DNA from: Eledone cirrhosa
Taxonomy: Eukaryota
Direction of reading: 5' to 3'
Length of the DNA stretch: 64,000 nt
Assembly: GCA_964016885.1 (NCBI GenBank)
Contig: OZ024740.1
Span: 395,498,001-395,562,000, forward strand
The position numbers were made by a program, and so were the translations under genes. The notes under the pieces were generated by a model. It saw only the letters and a list, made by a program, of their open reading frames with translations. It searched no databases and had not been told where the DNA came from. The stretch's first letter is position 1; each line of letters starts with the position of its first letter. Below are positions 53,162 to 64,000 of this stretch, piece after piece.

Positions 53162-54036
53162 CAGGGTGTGGACGATATTTGTTCGCAATTTTCAACTGTT
53201 AATTTTATGCAAATTTTTTACTTCCGTTGTCACTCTTGTCTTCATAAAAACAGTGACTATATTTCCATTATTTATTTTCAGAATAATTGATTATGAATAA
53301 TTTTGAACCTCCAAATTTGTGGAAGAGACACGGAGTTCTTCTTGGAATCCGCACCGGGAGGACAAATAAGACCAGAAGATCAACTCCCAGAACAGCAGGT
53401 GGCTCACTGTCTCATCCAAAGACGTGCCCAGAGTCATGCAGACAAAGTTTCCAGCGACAACATTGGTCTCAGGTGTCGTCAGCAGTCAAGGTGACGTCAT
53501 GCCACCTCACTTCTTCCCTGAGGGCCTCAAGCTGAACACCGATGGCTACATCCGCGTTCTGAGCGAGGTAGTAAAGCCTTGGATCAACCAGGTAGCTGCA
53601 GGTAAGCCGTACGTGTGGCAGCAAGACTCAGCGCCCTGCCATACCAGCCGAAAGACCCAAGCCTGGCTGTCAGAGAACTTCGTCGACCACACTTCACCTG
53701 ACATCTGGCCTCCCAGCTCGCCTGACTGCAACCCCCTCAACTTCTTTGTGTGTGGTGCAGTGGAATGAGACACCAACAGATTTAGCTGCAATACGAAAGA
53801 TGATCTGAAGGCCAGGATCACAAGTGCCTTTAGGGGCCTAAGTCGGGGGACAGTGACGAAGGCCTGTAGCCTTGAGGCCATCATCAAAGCCAATGGCGGG
53901 TTTATCGAGTGAGATTGAAAGAACAAATCATGAAGACAAACTGACCCAAGTTTGATAAATATATCTTAAAAAATAAAACTACTGTGTTACTTTTTCCTAG
54001 ACAGTAATCTTGCGAACAAATATCGTCTGCACCCTG
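53162..54036 (+). mobile_element. Internally deleted Tc1/mariner transposon, DD37D (maT/mori) type
   Basis: 27-bp TIRs cagggtgtggacgatatttgttcgcaa (25/27 match) with TA on both sides. The remnant reads VWQQDSAPCH...WPPSSPDCNPLN, with 37 residues between the second D and the third catalytic position. Confidence 0.93.
53293..53912 (+). pseudogene. DD37D transposase remnant
   Basis: N-terminus truncated by deletion and frameshift, third D changed to N, stop at 53766-68, C-terminal LEAIIKANGGFIE* ending at 53912. Confidence 0.85.
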
Positions 54037-54509
54037 TACATGTGTGTCTGAATTTTTTATGTATTTTATGTCTGCACATGTGTGTGTACCAAATGGGATG
54101 AGAGATATATATCCAGAACTTGTGATCAAAATATATGATGGAATATATATATCAATTTATAAATGTGAGGAAAGAATAGACAAAATTATACCTATTTTTT
54201 TCTCCAAAGTCAAGGTAGGACACCACACACACACATATTTATATTTATATATCTGTGTGAGTATCTTAATATTATATATATTCACATAAAATCACACCTT
54301 TTCTCATATAAATACGATGTGAAAAACCAGCAAGTGTCTTAGCTGTTGGATCTAAATTCAAAATATATAGTGCGTTGTAAATGTTGCATATCTAAAGAAG
54401 TTATATACTGCTTATACTGGTGCAACTCTACATAAGTATATATGACAGAGTGAATTAATAGTAAGAGTGACAATGATAATAATAAAATATTAACTTTTTC
54501 CAATTCCGG

Positions 54510-55141
54510 GAAAGATCCATAGAATTGGTTGATAGCGTCTGCTACCTAAGTGATGTAATTAGTGGAAGATGCTTCAAGAGCATAGTAGCTAGAAAAGGGA
54601 CATGATGGGAAAGTTTAGGGAATTGCTACCTCTGTTGATAATGAAAGGTTTCTCCCTACAAACGAAAGGTCAGCTGTATGACTCCTGTGTACAAAGTGTG
54701 AAGCTACATGGTAGTGAGACATGGGCAGTGAATACAGGGGACATGTGAAGACTGGAGAGAACTGAGGCAAGCATGCTTCAATGGATGTGAAATGTTAATG
54801 TGCAAGAACAACAAAGCTTGGATGAACTGAGGGTGAAACTGGGTATAAGAGGAATCAAATGTTATGCACAGGAGAGGAGACTGTTGGTTTGGACATGTTA
54901 TGCGCATGGATAATGATTGATGGATGAAGAAGTGCCACATAATCCCAGTGAAAAGAATCCGCAGTAAAGGAAACCCATGGAAGACCTTGATAGAAGTGGT
55001 GAGAGCTGATTTCAAGTTGCTGAATCTTAGAGGAGATGACAAAGGAACATAAGTGAAGAGATGCTTGCCAAAAAATGGCCCACCCAACCCATGGAAGCAT
55101 GGAATAACAAACGTAAAATAAAGATGATGATGATGATGATG
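54510..55141 (+). mobile_element. Degenerate 5'-truncated RTE LINE
   Basis: Colinear with 2935-3520 (tgctaccta, aagtttaggga, catggtagtgagac, ataagaggaatcaaatg), with stops; ends in (gat)n. Confidence 0.9.
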
Positions 55142-55212
55142 AAATATTTTCTCACAACCCCACCCAACAACAGAATAATAATAAATGACTACAAGAAACC
55201 AAAACAATCAAG

Positions 55213-55243
<31 letters not shown>

Positions 55244-55847
55244 ATTATTAAGCCACAAAACAACTTTTAACACAAAAAACGTTCACAAGTAAATACTCCG
55301 CCAAATATTTCATGTCTAATCAATAAAACATGAAACTCATAAACAAACAAATAAACCTAAACCAAATTTAAACATCTCAAGGAAACACAATAATGCAATA
55401 AAAACCAAGCTACTATGCTAGTACTAAGAGAATGAAATCATCACGCTAAAACCGCCCATAATATTTGGTTCTTTTCAAAGGTTGTTGGTACCAGATAAAT
55501 AAATATATGTATGTGTGTATCTATGTATATTTGTATGCATGTATGTCTGAATGTATGCATGTATGTGTATATATATATATCAGCAGACCTCATATAGATT
55601 ATGATCTGAAAAGGTGTAAGGAATGGGAGGTCTTAAAAAACACATAAGAACACACAGCCAGAACAAAGCAATGGAAGGCCCAGAGGAGCCTACAGTTGCC
55701 ATGTATGTGCCAGAGGGTGCAAGTTTTTGGCTGTTTTAAAGAGCCACCTTCGTGCCTCGCATTTTTTAGCATTTTTTTCAGGCAATGGCAATGCTCAAAC
55801 ACGTGTTTGCAGCCATCATATATATATATATATATATATACATATAT

Positions 55848-56062
55848 ATCATCATCACCTTTAACATCCATTTTTCCACACTAGCATGGGTTAGAGGAGT
55901 TGTCCAGCAATGCTAGGTCAGGTGAACTGATAAAGAACTGATTTTGGCCTGGTTTCTACAGCTGGGTGCCCTTCCTAACGTAAACCTCATTTACGGTGAG
56001 TACTGGGTGCTTTTTGTCATGACACCTACATGACCACTTTACAGTGTGGCCTAGGTGCTTTA
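55848..56062 (-). mobile_element. SINE family A copy
   Basis: tttaacatccatttttccacactagcatgggttaga...tttctacagctgggtgcccttcctaacg...ctgggtgcttttt. Confidence 0.85.
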
Positions 56063-56084
56063 TGTTTGTATATATATATTTGTT

Positions 56085-56180
56085 GGACTTCTTGCTCAAC
56101 ATGCCATTCAGTTCAGGAATCAAACTCATGACCTTGTGATACTGAGCTGAACACCCTAAACACTACATGTTCTTTCACTA
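56085..56180 (-). mobile_element. Degenerate CORE-like SINE head
   Basis: cttgctcaa...ggaatcaaactcatgaccttgtgat aligns with 2483-2545. Confidence 0.55.
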
Positions 56181-56595
56181 TATATATAGCAACTACATCT
56201 TCCTCATATCTCACCCAACCATTTAAAAAAAAAAAACACATTTCGTTGTTTCCTTTTCTCTATCAATATGCTTGTTATTTTCTCACTGTACCGATTGTGT
56301 TGTTATTTCTGTTTAATTTTTACATACATACATACATACATATATATATTGAACAGCAGGCAATTATGACAAAACTACAGTTCTACCAAGGCTGATAAGA
56401 TCTGGAAACAGTGAAAACACCTATGCTGTGTAGATTGTTGATGTCATACTTTCTTAATATATTGATCAGCAACTCAGAAGAGTATTTACTATCATAACGA
56501 AATTCAAACAGAGGATGCAATACTTCCCATATGTATTAATATATATGTATGTTTGTACATATATAATATATATATATATATATGTGTGTCTGTAT

Positions 56596-56879
56596 CCGGG
56601 TTCACTCGAGGGTAACCACAGTAAGTAAGGTACTCAATACATAGTAGAGCGTATACAATATTTAATATAGAAATGGCTTCAACAGGACTAGAACTGTTTC
56701 ATTTGAAGGAAATTATCAGGAAAACGATGATTTGCTTCAAATGAAACAGTTCTTGTCCTGTAGAAGCCATTTCTATATTAAATTTGTTGTGTACACTCTA
56801 CTAATGTATTGAGTACCTTACTTACTCTACTAATGTATTGAGGACCTTACTTACTGTGGTTACCCTCGATTGAACCCGG
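56596..56879. mobile_element. Fold-back (whole-element palindromic) repeat between TA-rich tracts
   Basis: Arm 56596-56717 is the reverse complement of 56726-56879 with scattered mismatches and an 8-bp spacer; the right arm has a 29-bp tandem duplication (56795-56823/56824-56852). Confidence 0.88.
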
Positions 56880-57046
56880 GACTCGTATATATATATATGT
56901 ATACACACACACACATATGAACACATAACATACATTATATCTACATAGATACAGACATACATTTATATATACACAGTTACACACACACATACATGCATAC
57001 ATACCTACATACATTACACACACACATACAAAGACACACAGATTTA

Positions 57047-57905
57047 CAAGGTGTGTCAGAAAAGTTCCAGGACTGATGTCACAAAAGATTTATTTCAAAC
57101 CCAACTTCACACTAAGAGTTTTCTCCTTCAAAGTAATCCCCCTGGAGTGTGTAACTCTGATCTTAGCTCTCTGCAGCGATCAAACTTTTTTCTTCATAAT
57201 TTTATATACATGTCCTCTGTTTCAGGTCGTCAACCAATGAGCACAGAGCAACGAACAAACTTGAAGTTTCTGGTACGGTTGGGGAAAACTCCGTCAGAAG
57301 CACTGGGATTGCTGCAGCAAGTGTATGGAGAGTTTAAAGAAGGACGCGAGGATGTGGAATATGACCCCAGGACCGGAAGGCCCTCAATAACCAGGACTGA
57401 ACTCAACATTGAGCGTGTCAGGCAGAAGCTGCGTAGCGATCGTCGGCTGACTGTTCGACTGATGGCAAATGAGCTGGGCATGAATCGGGACAGCGTCTGG
57501 AAGATTCTCACTGAAGATTTGGACATGCGGAAAGTCTGCGTGAAGATGGTGCCAAAACTGCTGAACGATGACCAGAAGGCTCAACGCATGCAAGTGTGCC
57601 AAGACATCCTCGAGCGTCTTGAAACCGAACCAGACTTGCTAGGGACAGTCATCACCGAGTACGACTCGGAGGGGGCCCGTTTTGAAGACGTGGACGACAT
57701 CAAAAAGGCCCTGATGACGGAACTGCAGAGGATCCCAGAAGAATCCTTCCAAGAGTGCATGCAAGCGTGGCAGAAAAGGATGGAAAAATACATTAGACTC
57801 CAAGGGAGTCTAATGTATTTTGAAGGAGAAAACACTTAGTGTGAAGTTTGGGTTTGAAATAAATCTTTTGTGACATCAGTCCTGGAACTTTTCTGACACA
57901 CCTCG
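57047..57905 (+). mobile_element. Internally deleted mariner-like element with long (~90-100 bp) TIRs
   Basis: TA-flanked; 57047-57135 is the reverse complement of 57816-57905; contains transposase motifs. Confidence 0.95.
57237..57839 (+). pseudogene. Open 200-aa mariner transposase deletion derivative lacking the catalytic core
   Basis: EQRTNLKF..LGKT, FKEGREDV..PRTGRP, DRRLTVR, MRKVCVKMVPKLL (WVP-like linker), VIT, a jump to GARFED and a YFEG end; no DD34D segment. Confidence 0.85.
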
Positions 57906-58199
57906 TATAGTGTGAATATAATATTTCTTACCAAGCTATCTTTTCATTTATCAAGCCTGTTGCTTCAACAATTAATTATTTACCATAGATCCCCTGTTTC
58001 CAATAAGTAAAGGAAAGAACCTGATTAACCATAATTCTTCCCACCTTCAATGATTTCTTCATCATTTACTTTGTGATTTCTCTTTGTTTCTCATTCATCT
58101 TTACCTGTACTATGAATTATATGTATCTACTGGGTATCCAACATATATTGTGTATCTGTTATACATATAGTGTATATCTATTATATATATATGTGTGTA

Positions 58200-59795
58200 T
58201 ATTGTGTATCTACTATATATATATATATTTATTGTGTATCTACTATATATATATATATTGTGTATCTACTGTATATATATTGTATATCTACTGTACATAT
58301 ATTATATATCTACTGTATATATATTGTATATCTACTGTATATACATTATATATCTACTGTATATATATTATATATCTACTGTATATATATTGTATATCTA
58401 CTGTATATATATTGTATATCTACTGTATATATATTGTATATCAACTGTATATATATTGTATATCTACTGTATATATATTGTATATCTATTGTACATATAT
58501 TGTATATCTACTGTATATATATTGTATATCTACTGTACATATATTATATATCTACTGTATATATATTGTATATCTACTGTATATACATTATATATCTACT
58601 GTACATATATTATATATCTATTGTATATATATTGTATATCTACTGTATATATATTGTATATCTACTGTATATATATTGTATATCAACTGTATATATATTG
58701 TATATCTACTGTATATATATTGTATATCTATTGTACATATATTGTATATCTACTGTATATATATTGTATATCTACTGTACATATATTATATATCTACTGT
58801 ATATATATTGCATATCTACTGTATATATATTGTATATCAACTGTATATATATTGTACATATATTGTATATCTACTGTATATATATTGTATATCTACTGTA
58901 CATATATTATATATCTACTGTATATATATTGTATATCTACTGTATATATATTGTATATCTATTGTACATATATTGTATATCTACTGTATATATATTGTAT
59001 ATGTACTGTATATCTACTGTATATATATTGTATATCTACTGTATATATATTGTATATCTACTGTATATATATTGTATATCTATTGTACATATATTGTATA
59101 TCTACTGTATATATATTGTATATGTACTGTATATATATTGTATATCTACTGTATATATATTGTATATTTACTGTATATATATTGTATATCTATTGTACAT
59201 ATATTGTATATCTACTGTATATATATTGTATATGTACTGTATATATATTGTATATTTACTGTATATATATTGTATCTACTGTATATATTGTATATCTACT
59301 GTATATATATTGTATATCTATTGTACATATATTGTATATCTACTGTATATATATTGTATATCTACTGTACATATATTATATATCTACTGTATATATATTG
59401 CATATCTACTGTATATATATTGTATATCTACTGTATATATATTGTACATATATTGTATATCTACTGTATATATATTGTATATCTACTGTACATATATTAT
59501 ATATCTACTGTATATATATTGTATATCTACTGTATATATATTGTATATCTATTGTACATATATTGTATATCTACTGTATATATATTGTATATGTACTGTA
59601 TATATATTGTATATCTACTGTATATATATTGTATATCTACTGTATATATATTGTATATCTACTGTATATATATTGTATATCTATTGTACATATATTGTAT
59701 ATCTACTGTACATATATTGTATATCTACTGTATATATATTGTATATGTACTGTATATATATTGTATATCTACTGTATGTATATTCTATATCTATT
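58200..59795. repeat. 22-bp AT-rich minisatellite (ctactgtatatatattgtatat), ~70 copies
   Basis: Period of 22 read directly, e.g. from 58381 onward. Confidence 0.96.
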
Positions 59796-59851
59796 GTTTT
59801 ATGATCATGAACTAGATACCGTAACTACTAAGTCATAGCTTTCACTATGTA

Positions 59852-59946
59852 AAGGGTGTCCCCCAGATATGTATACACCATTCTAATAAATATTGCCTGT
59901 ATGTATACTGTATAATAGTGTGTATACATTTTGGGGGAATATCCTG
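59852..59946. mobile_element. ~95-bp Tc1/mariner-type MITE
   Basis: ta|aagggtgtcccccagatatgtatacac ... gtgtatacattttgggggaatatcctg|ta; imperfect ~27-bp TIRs. Confidence 0.6.
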
Positions 59947-60656
59947 TATATCATAAATATTATTTGGGCTTAGCATAACTTTATTTACAAAATTTAGTAA
60001 ATGTACAATTAAGTCTATCATATTTAAGCATCTAACTACAATCTAGACAAACTACAATTGAAGAAATTGTTGTGTGTATGCACTGTGATATACTTTTTAA
60101 AAATAAGTAGCCTCCCATATGTCTGGGAGATGAACAATTTCTACAAATAATTTTCAACAATCGATTTGATTTTTTTACCTGTAAATCATAACTACAGTTA
60201 ATGTTACCATTACCTGAATTTGTTTTCTCATAACTTTCTTAATAATGTATTTCTTTATGAAATTTTGCTGAGATACATCTTAGAAGATTGTACTGATGAA
60301 AATTTGTTTTAATTTCATTTTTTTTTTAGTACTATCATTATTGCATACTTCTGTTTATTAATACTTTAATTGCTGTTTCAATCTGTATTTGTAATTAGCC
60401 TAAGCATTAACTCAGAAATGTTTTCATCATACCTTTCAATTTTATGGTGATAAAGAATAATATTAATTAAAATAATGTAATGTCACTTCAATAACATGAA
60501 ATAGGCATTATCTAAAAAAATAAATCATATACATTTTTATCAGGAAGAAACACTTACTGAGACATTTTCAATATCTTGTTGATTTGAATTAGATAGACAC
60601 GACAGCTGTGGTACTCTCTGACTCAACCTGAGTAGCCCAAATGCTAGAGTCGCTAA

Positions 60657-60710
<54 letters not shown>

Positions 60711-61708
60711 ATTTGGATACCAACTACGATGTAATGCCAAATGTACACTACTGCAACCAGAGCCACTTAGGCATTGAGTGCTCAAACTGGTGAACTAATA
60801 GTAACTTAAAGTTACTCACCAATAAATTATGTATATTTTGTTAGACTAACAATAATATTTCATTCCTGTAAGAATAACACCTCAGAATCAATCAAATAGA
60901 AATAAATAAATACCTTGCATATTCTAGAATTCAACCCTTTACATATAATATAAAGGGTTGGCATAACTCTTTAGCTGTGCCAAAGACATAATAGCCTCCC
61001 TAGTGTCAATGCCATAACAATATGCACTCAGTAGAGTGCAGAAATATACATAAATATGCAGGTACTCAGCGCGTTTGAGATCACAATATCTCTGCTTGAG
61101 TACTGTCTGTGGAGACCCATCCAACCCTTGATAGTAGGAATATGTGTGTGTATAAATATGTATGTGTGTGTACATACAAAGCAAATATGAAATATAGAAT
61201 TGAAAGAAAGAAATTTAAAATATATTTATGGGCATTCGTACATTCCAACACAGAGAATATTAGTGGAACATGGTAATAAAATATTCCACTGAATGTAATC
61301 ATTTTTGTTTGTAACAGTAGCCATAAATTATGCACTGCTGTGGTGGTCAGTTGCCTGACTGATATGGAATTTTACTGGAAATCAGAGTGAAGGAGAAAAT
61401 GTATTGACAGTTATCTCTAAATCTACAAATTTTCTATTCTAATTATAAGTTTTCATTTGTACCCAGAATTCTTAGTGCACTCGGTTATTAAATGTCGGTT
61501 ATTAAATGTCTAAATAGTAAACTTGAAAAGATGGGGTCTTTTCAATCTGAAAGTGGAACAAGGAACATATGCAAGTCTTTTCTAAAATTTATATCATTTT
61601 TTACTGTTATCAAAACTTCAATGATGGAGCTTGTTTTTCTTCTTAGAAACCAATTCCTTTTTATAGGAATATTTAAAATGAATATACAAAGCACATATCC
61701 AGTTCACT

Positions 61709-62455
61709 ATCATCATCATCATTTTTACGTCTGCTTTTCTATGTGTGAATGGGTTAGACAGGTCTTTCTCAGCTCGGCATCTCTCCAATTGTCACGATCC
61801 TTTGTCATCTTCTCTGCCAGTCTTAGTGATTTAAGGTTAACTCTCACAACCTCTGTTCAAGTCTTTTTTGGTAATCCTCTACTGCAGCTTCCTTCCACTG
61901 GGATTTGCTGGCATTTCTTCACCCATCAGTTATTGTCCATGCCCATCACATGTCCATACCAATGCAGTTTTCTCTCCTGCACACGACTTCGAATTCCCTT
62001 TAAACTCAGCTTCTTCCTCAACTTGTCCAAACTCTGCCTTTCTCTCACATGTACATTGCACATCCAACAAAGTATGGTTGCTTCCTTTCTCTCCAGTCTA
62101 CGCATGTCCTCTGCAGTCACTACCCATATTTCACTACCATGCAGCATTGCACACTACACACAGGCATCATACAGTCATCCTTTTGTACATAGGGAGAAAC
62201 CTTTTGTTGACAGCAGTGGGAGTAGTTCTCTAAACTTCTTCCATTCTATCCTTATTCTAACTATTATACTCTCTAGCTATTATACTCTGATATCTTTTGT
62301 GTACCAAAGATTTACATTGTGTACCTTGTATGGAGTTTATGCCTACTCCTTTTCTACATATTGAGCATGGTCAATTCCCTGGGGGAATCTGGGTCCTATC
62401 TTCTTTCCTATTCACTAGCACTTTAGTTTTGGCTAAGTTTACTCTCAGACCTGAA
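61709..62455 (-). mobile_element. Degenerate 5'-truncated RTE LINE with internal deletion
   Basis: Minus strand encodes GLRVNLAKTKVL, WPCSICRKGVG-like, MLHGSEIW, LCWMC and LHWYGHV; (gat)n tail at 61709. Confidence 0.92.
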
Positions 62456-62702
62456 AGGGAAAGTGGTTGTGTAATTGTTTAATGTTGGTCGAGAGGTTCT
62501 CACACATGGCATGAATGTTTGGTATTATTCTGAAGTTCTTGGCAAAACATCATAGTTTACCTGTGCTATTTTGCCAGGAAGTTGGGGTATACTCTCAAGA
62601 TTACATTCTCATCAAAGCTATATACATTTCAAGCATACATACTTGAGTATATGGAATTATATAAAATGTGTGTTAGTGTGAAAAATATATGATACCTGTG
62701 TG

Positions 62703-62760
62703 TGTGTGAAGTGTGATGCCGCATGGTAGTGAGTAATGGGCTATTACTGCAGAGGATGTG
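62703..62760 (+). mobile_element. Short internal RTE fragment
   Basis: gcatggtagtgag...ctgcagaggatgtg matches the HGSE..TAED segment. Confidence 0.55.
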
Positions 62761-63030
62761 GTGGTGGTGGGAAGTGAATTGGTAGAATACCGAAAGATAT
62801 CCTTTGTAATATTTATTCCAGCTACCTGTGTTCTGTGTTGAAATTCCACTGAGGTCAACTTTACCTGTCACTATTGTGGGATCAATAGATAAGATATCAG
62901 TCTAGGGCAGTTGACTGACAGAATCCTTAGAGCATCAGGATGCCTTGTAATATTTATTTCATTTTTCATTCAAATCATGCTGTGATCCACTTAGGTGGGT
63001 GACTTAATCTGTCCCCCAGTTTAACACCAC
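62761..63030 (+). mobile_element. Degenerate family B SINE, possibly two in tandem
   Basis: gttgaaattccactgaggtcaactttacct core; a second head ggcagttgactgacagaatc...gatgccttgtaatattt at 62906. Confidence 0.55.
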
Positions 63031-63077
63031 TACCTGGCCCTTGGGTGACTTTGGTGGAAGCCATTATGCAGCATTGG

Positions 63078-63175
63078 AGCCAGATCTCTGGTCTGAGGAT
63101 AACTTTCTTCTCCATCCTCAGAAAATCTGAAAACTGTCATGGCGGCTGCTTTCCCTTCCTCCCTGACTAAGCAAT
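63078..63175 (+). repeat. Dispersed repeat fragment shared with 7772-7880
   Basis: Shared 19-mer and upstream similarity. Confidence 0.7.
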
Positions 63176-63827
63176 AAAAAAAAATCATAAGAAATGATAA
63201 AGTAACCTTGGCAATAAGGTATAAAGTATATATGCATAAAAAAAAAGCTACCTCATATTGTGTGTGTGTGTCCTGTTCTTTTATTATTTATGCGAAACTG
63301 AGAATTGTTGCTTTCTGTCATTGTTTTAGTTGTATTTTTAATCTCAATTCATAAAAGTTTTTGAAGCCACCTGGGAATGAATGATCAGGTAGACAGTTCA
63401 AGTAGAGGGTTAACACAGCTTGATGTTAAAATATTGAAGTGCAGCAGATTTTGTATTTTAGCAGTACTATCTATAGACTATAACCTATTGATTCCTGATC
63501 AGTGTGAAATGAAGCTGAAATTCTGAAGAATAAAAAAAAAAAAACATCAACCCTGCTTTAATAAATTGTCTGCACGGTCTTTCACTAATATTGGCACTTT
63601 CTACAATGTCTTTTATGCTGTATCTGACTGGCAGGCTGTATGGTTATTGGTTTAATGGGTGGGTGGATGAAAGGACAGACAAACAAGCAGATTGAAACAT
63701 TTGACATAGAAAAAGGAAATGTCTGATGAATTTCTAAAAATTGGTAACTCAGCAGGGGACTGACTTAGGTTTCTATAATTTTCAAGTTAAACTATTAATA
63801 TGTATAATAATTTCTCTCTTCTCTCTC

Positions 63828-63860
63828 TAACAGGTCCATTCAACATGAATGGACCTGTTA
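63828..63860. other. Perfect 15-bp hairpin with 3-nt loop
   Basis: taacaggtccattca aca tgaatggacctgtta. Confidence 0.9.
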
Positions 63861-63899
63861 TTTTTATCTAAAGACATATTTTTCCAATTCCATCCCACC

Positions 63900-64000
63900 C
63901 GTCCCCTCAATCTATCTTATTCCTCATTCTTTCTTCTGGTGAAGGACTAGCGTCCGAAACGTTAAGACCCTCTTCCTGCTATATCAAGCGTTAACCTAAT
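63900..64000 (+). mobile_element. Third copy of the hammerhead-bearing repeat (runs off the window end)
   Basis: 63932-63967: tctt CTGgTGA a ggac tagc gtcc GAAAC gtt aaga, then tcaagcgttaacctaat. Confidence 0.7.

Noticed and set aside
58073-59838. Three ~550-aa Tyr/Ile/Cys ORFs
   Set aside because: A stop-free 22-bp minisatellite is open in all three frames.
61030-61140. Possible third member of the gtattgagtac palindromic family
   Set aside because: Only short inverted matches (gtactca/tgagtac, gagat/atctc), and the motif order differs.
61492-62364. 290-aa plus-strand ORF
   Set aside because: Antisense shadow of the minus-strand RTE fragment.
63828-63865. Rho-independent terminator
   Set aside because: Hairpin plus T-run, but the DNA is eukaryotic and there is no upstream gene.

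Overview
Repeat-dominated, AT-rich eukaryotic DNA with no recognisable host gene. The SINE, RTE-LINE and microsatellite landscape looks like a coleoid cephalopod (Octopus-like); this is inferred from remembered repeat motifs, not from a search. About 60% of the window (8229-46404) is one uninterrupted head-to-tail satellite of a 41-bp unit (~930 copies) with nested kilobase-scale duplications. The flanks hold 5'-truncated RTE-clade LINE fragments, at least four SINE-like families, two internally deleted Tc1/mariner elements (one with DD37D/maT spacing), MITEs, fold-back palindromes, minisatellites and microsatellites. Best observations: (1) three 55-bp units at the right edge link the 41-mer, via a 14-bp deletion, to the 3' end of a dispersed SINE-like family clustered beside the array, an apparent record of satellite birth; (2) three dispersed copies of a minimal hammerhead-ribozyme motif of the Penelope-associated type, each with different core mutations, plus related three-way-junction and fold-back elements in (TA)n tracts; (3) several perfect hairpins, one of which can be dated against the ancestral sequence kept in the opposite TIR. 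Nearly all long ORFs in the track are artefacts of simple repeats.
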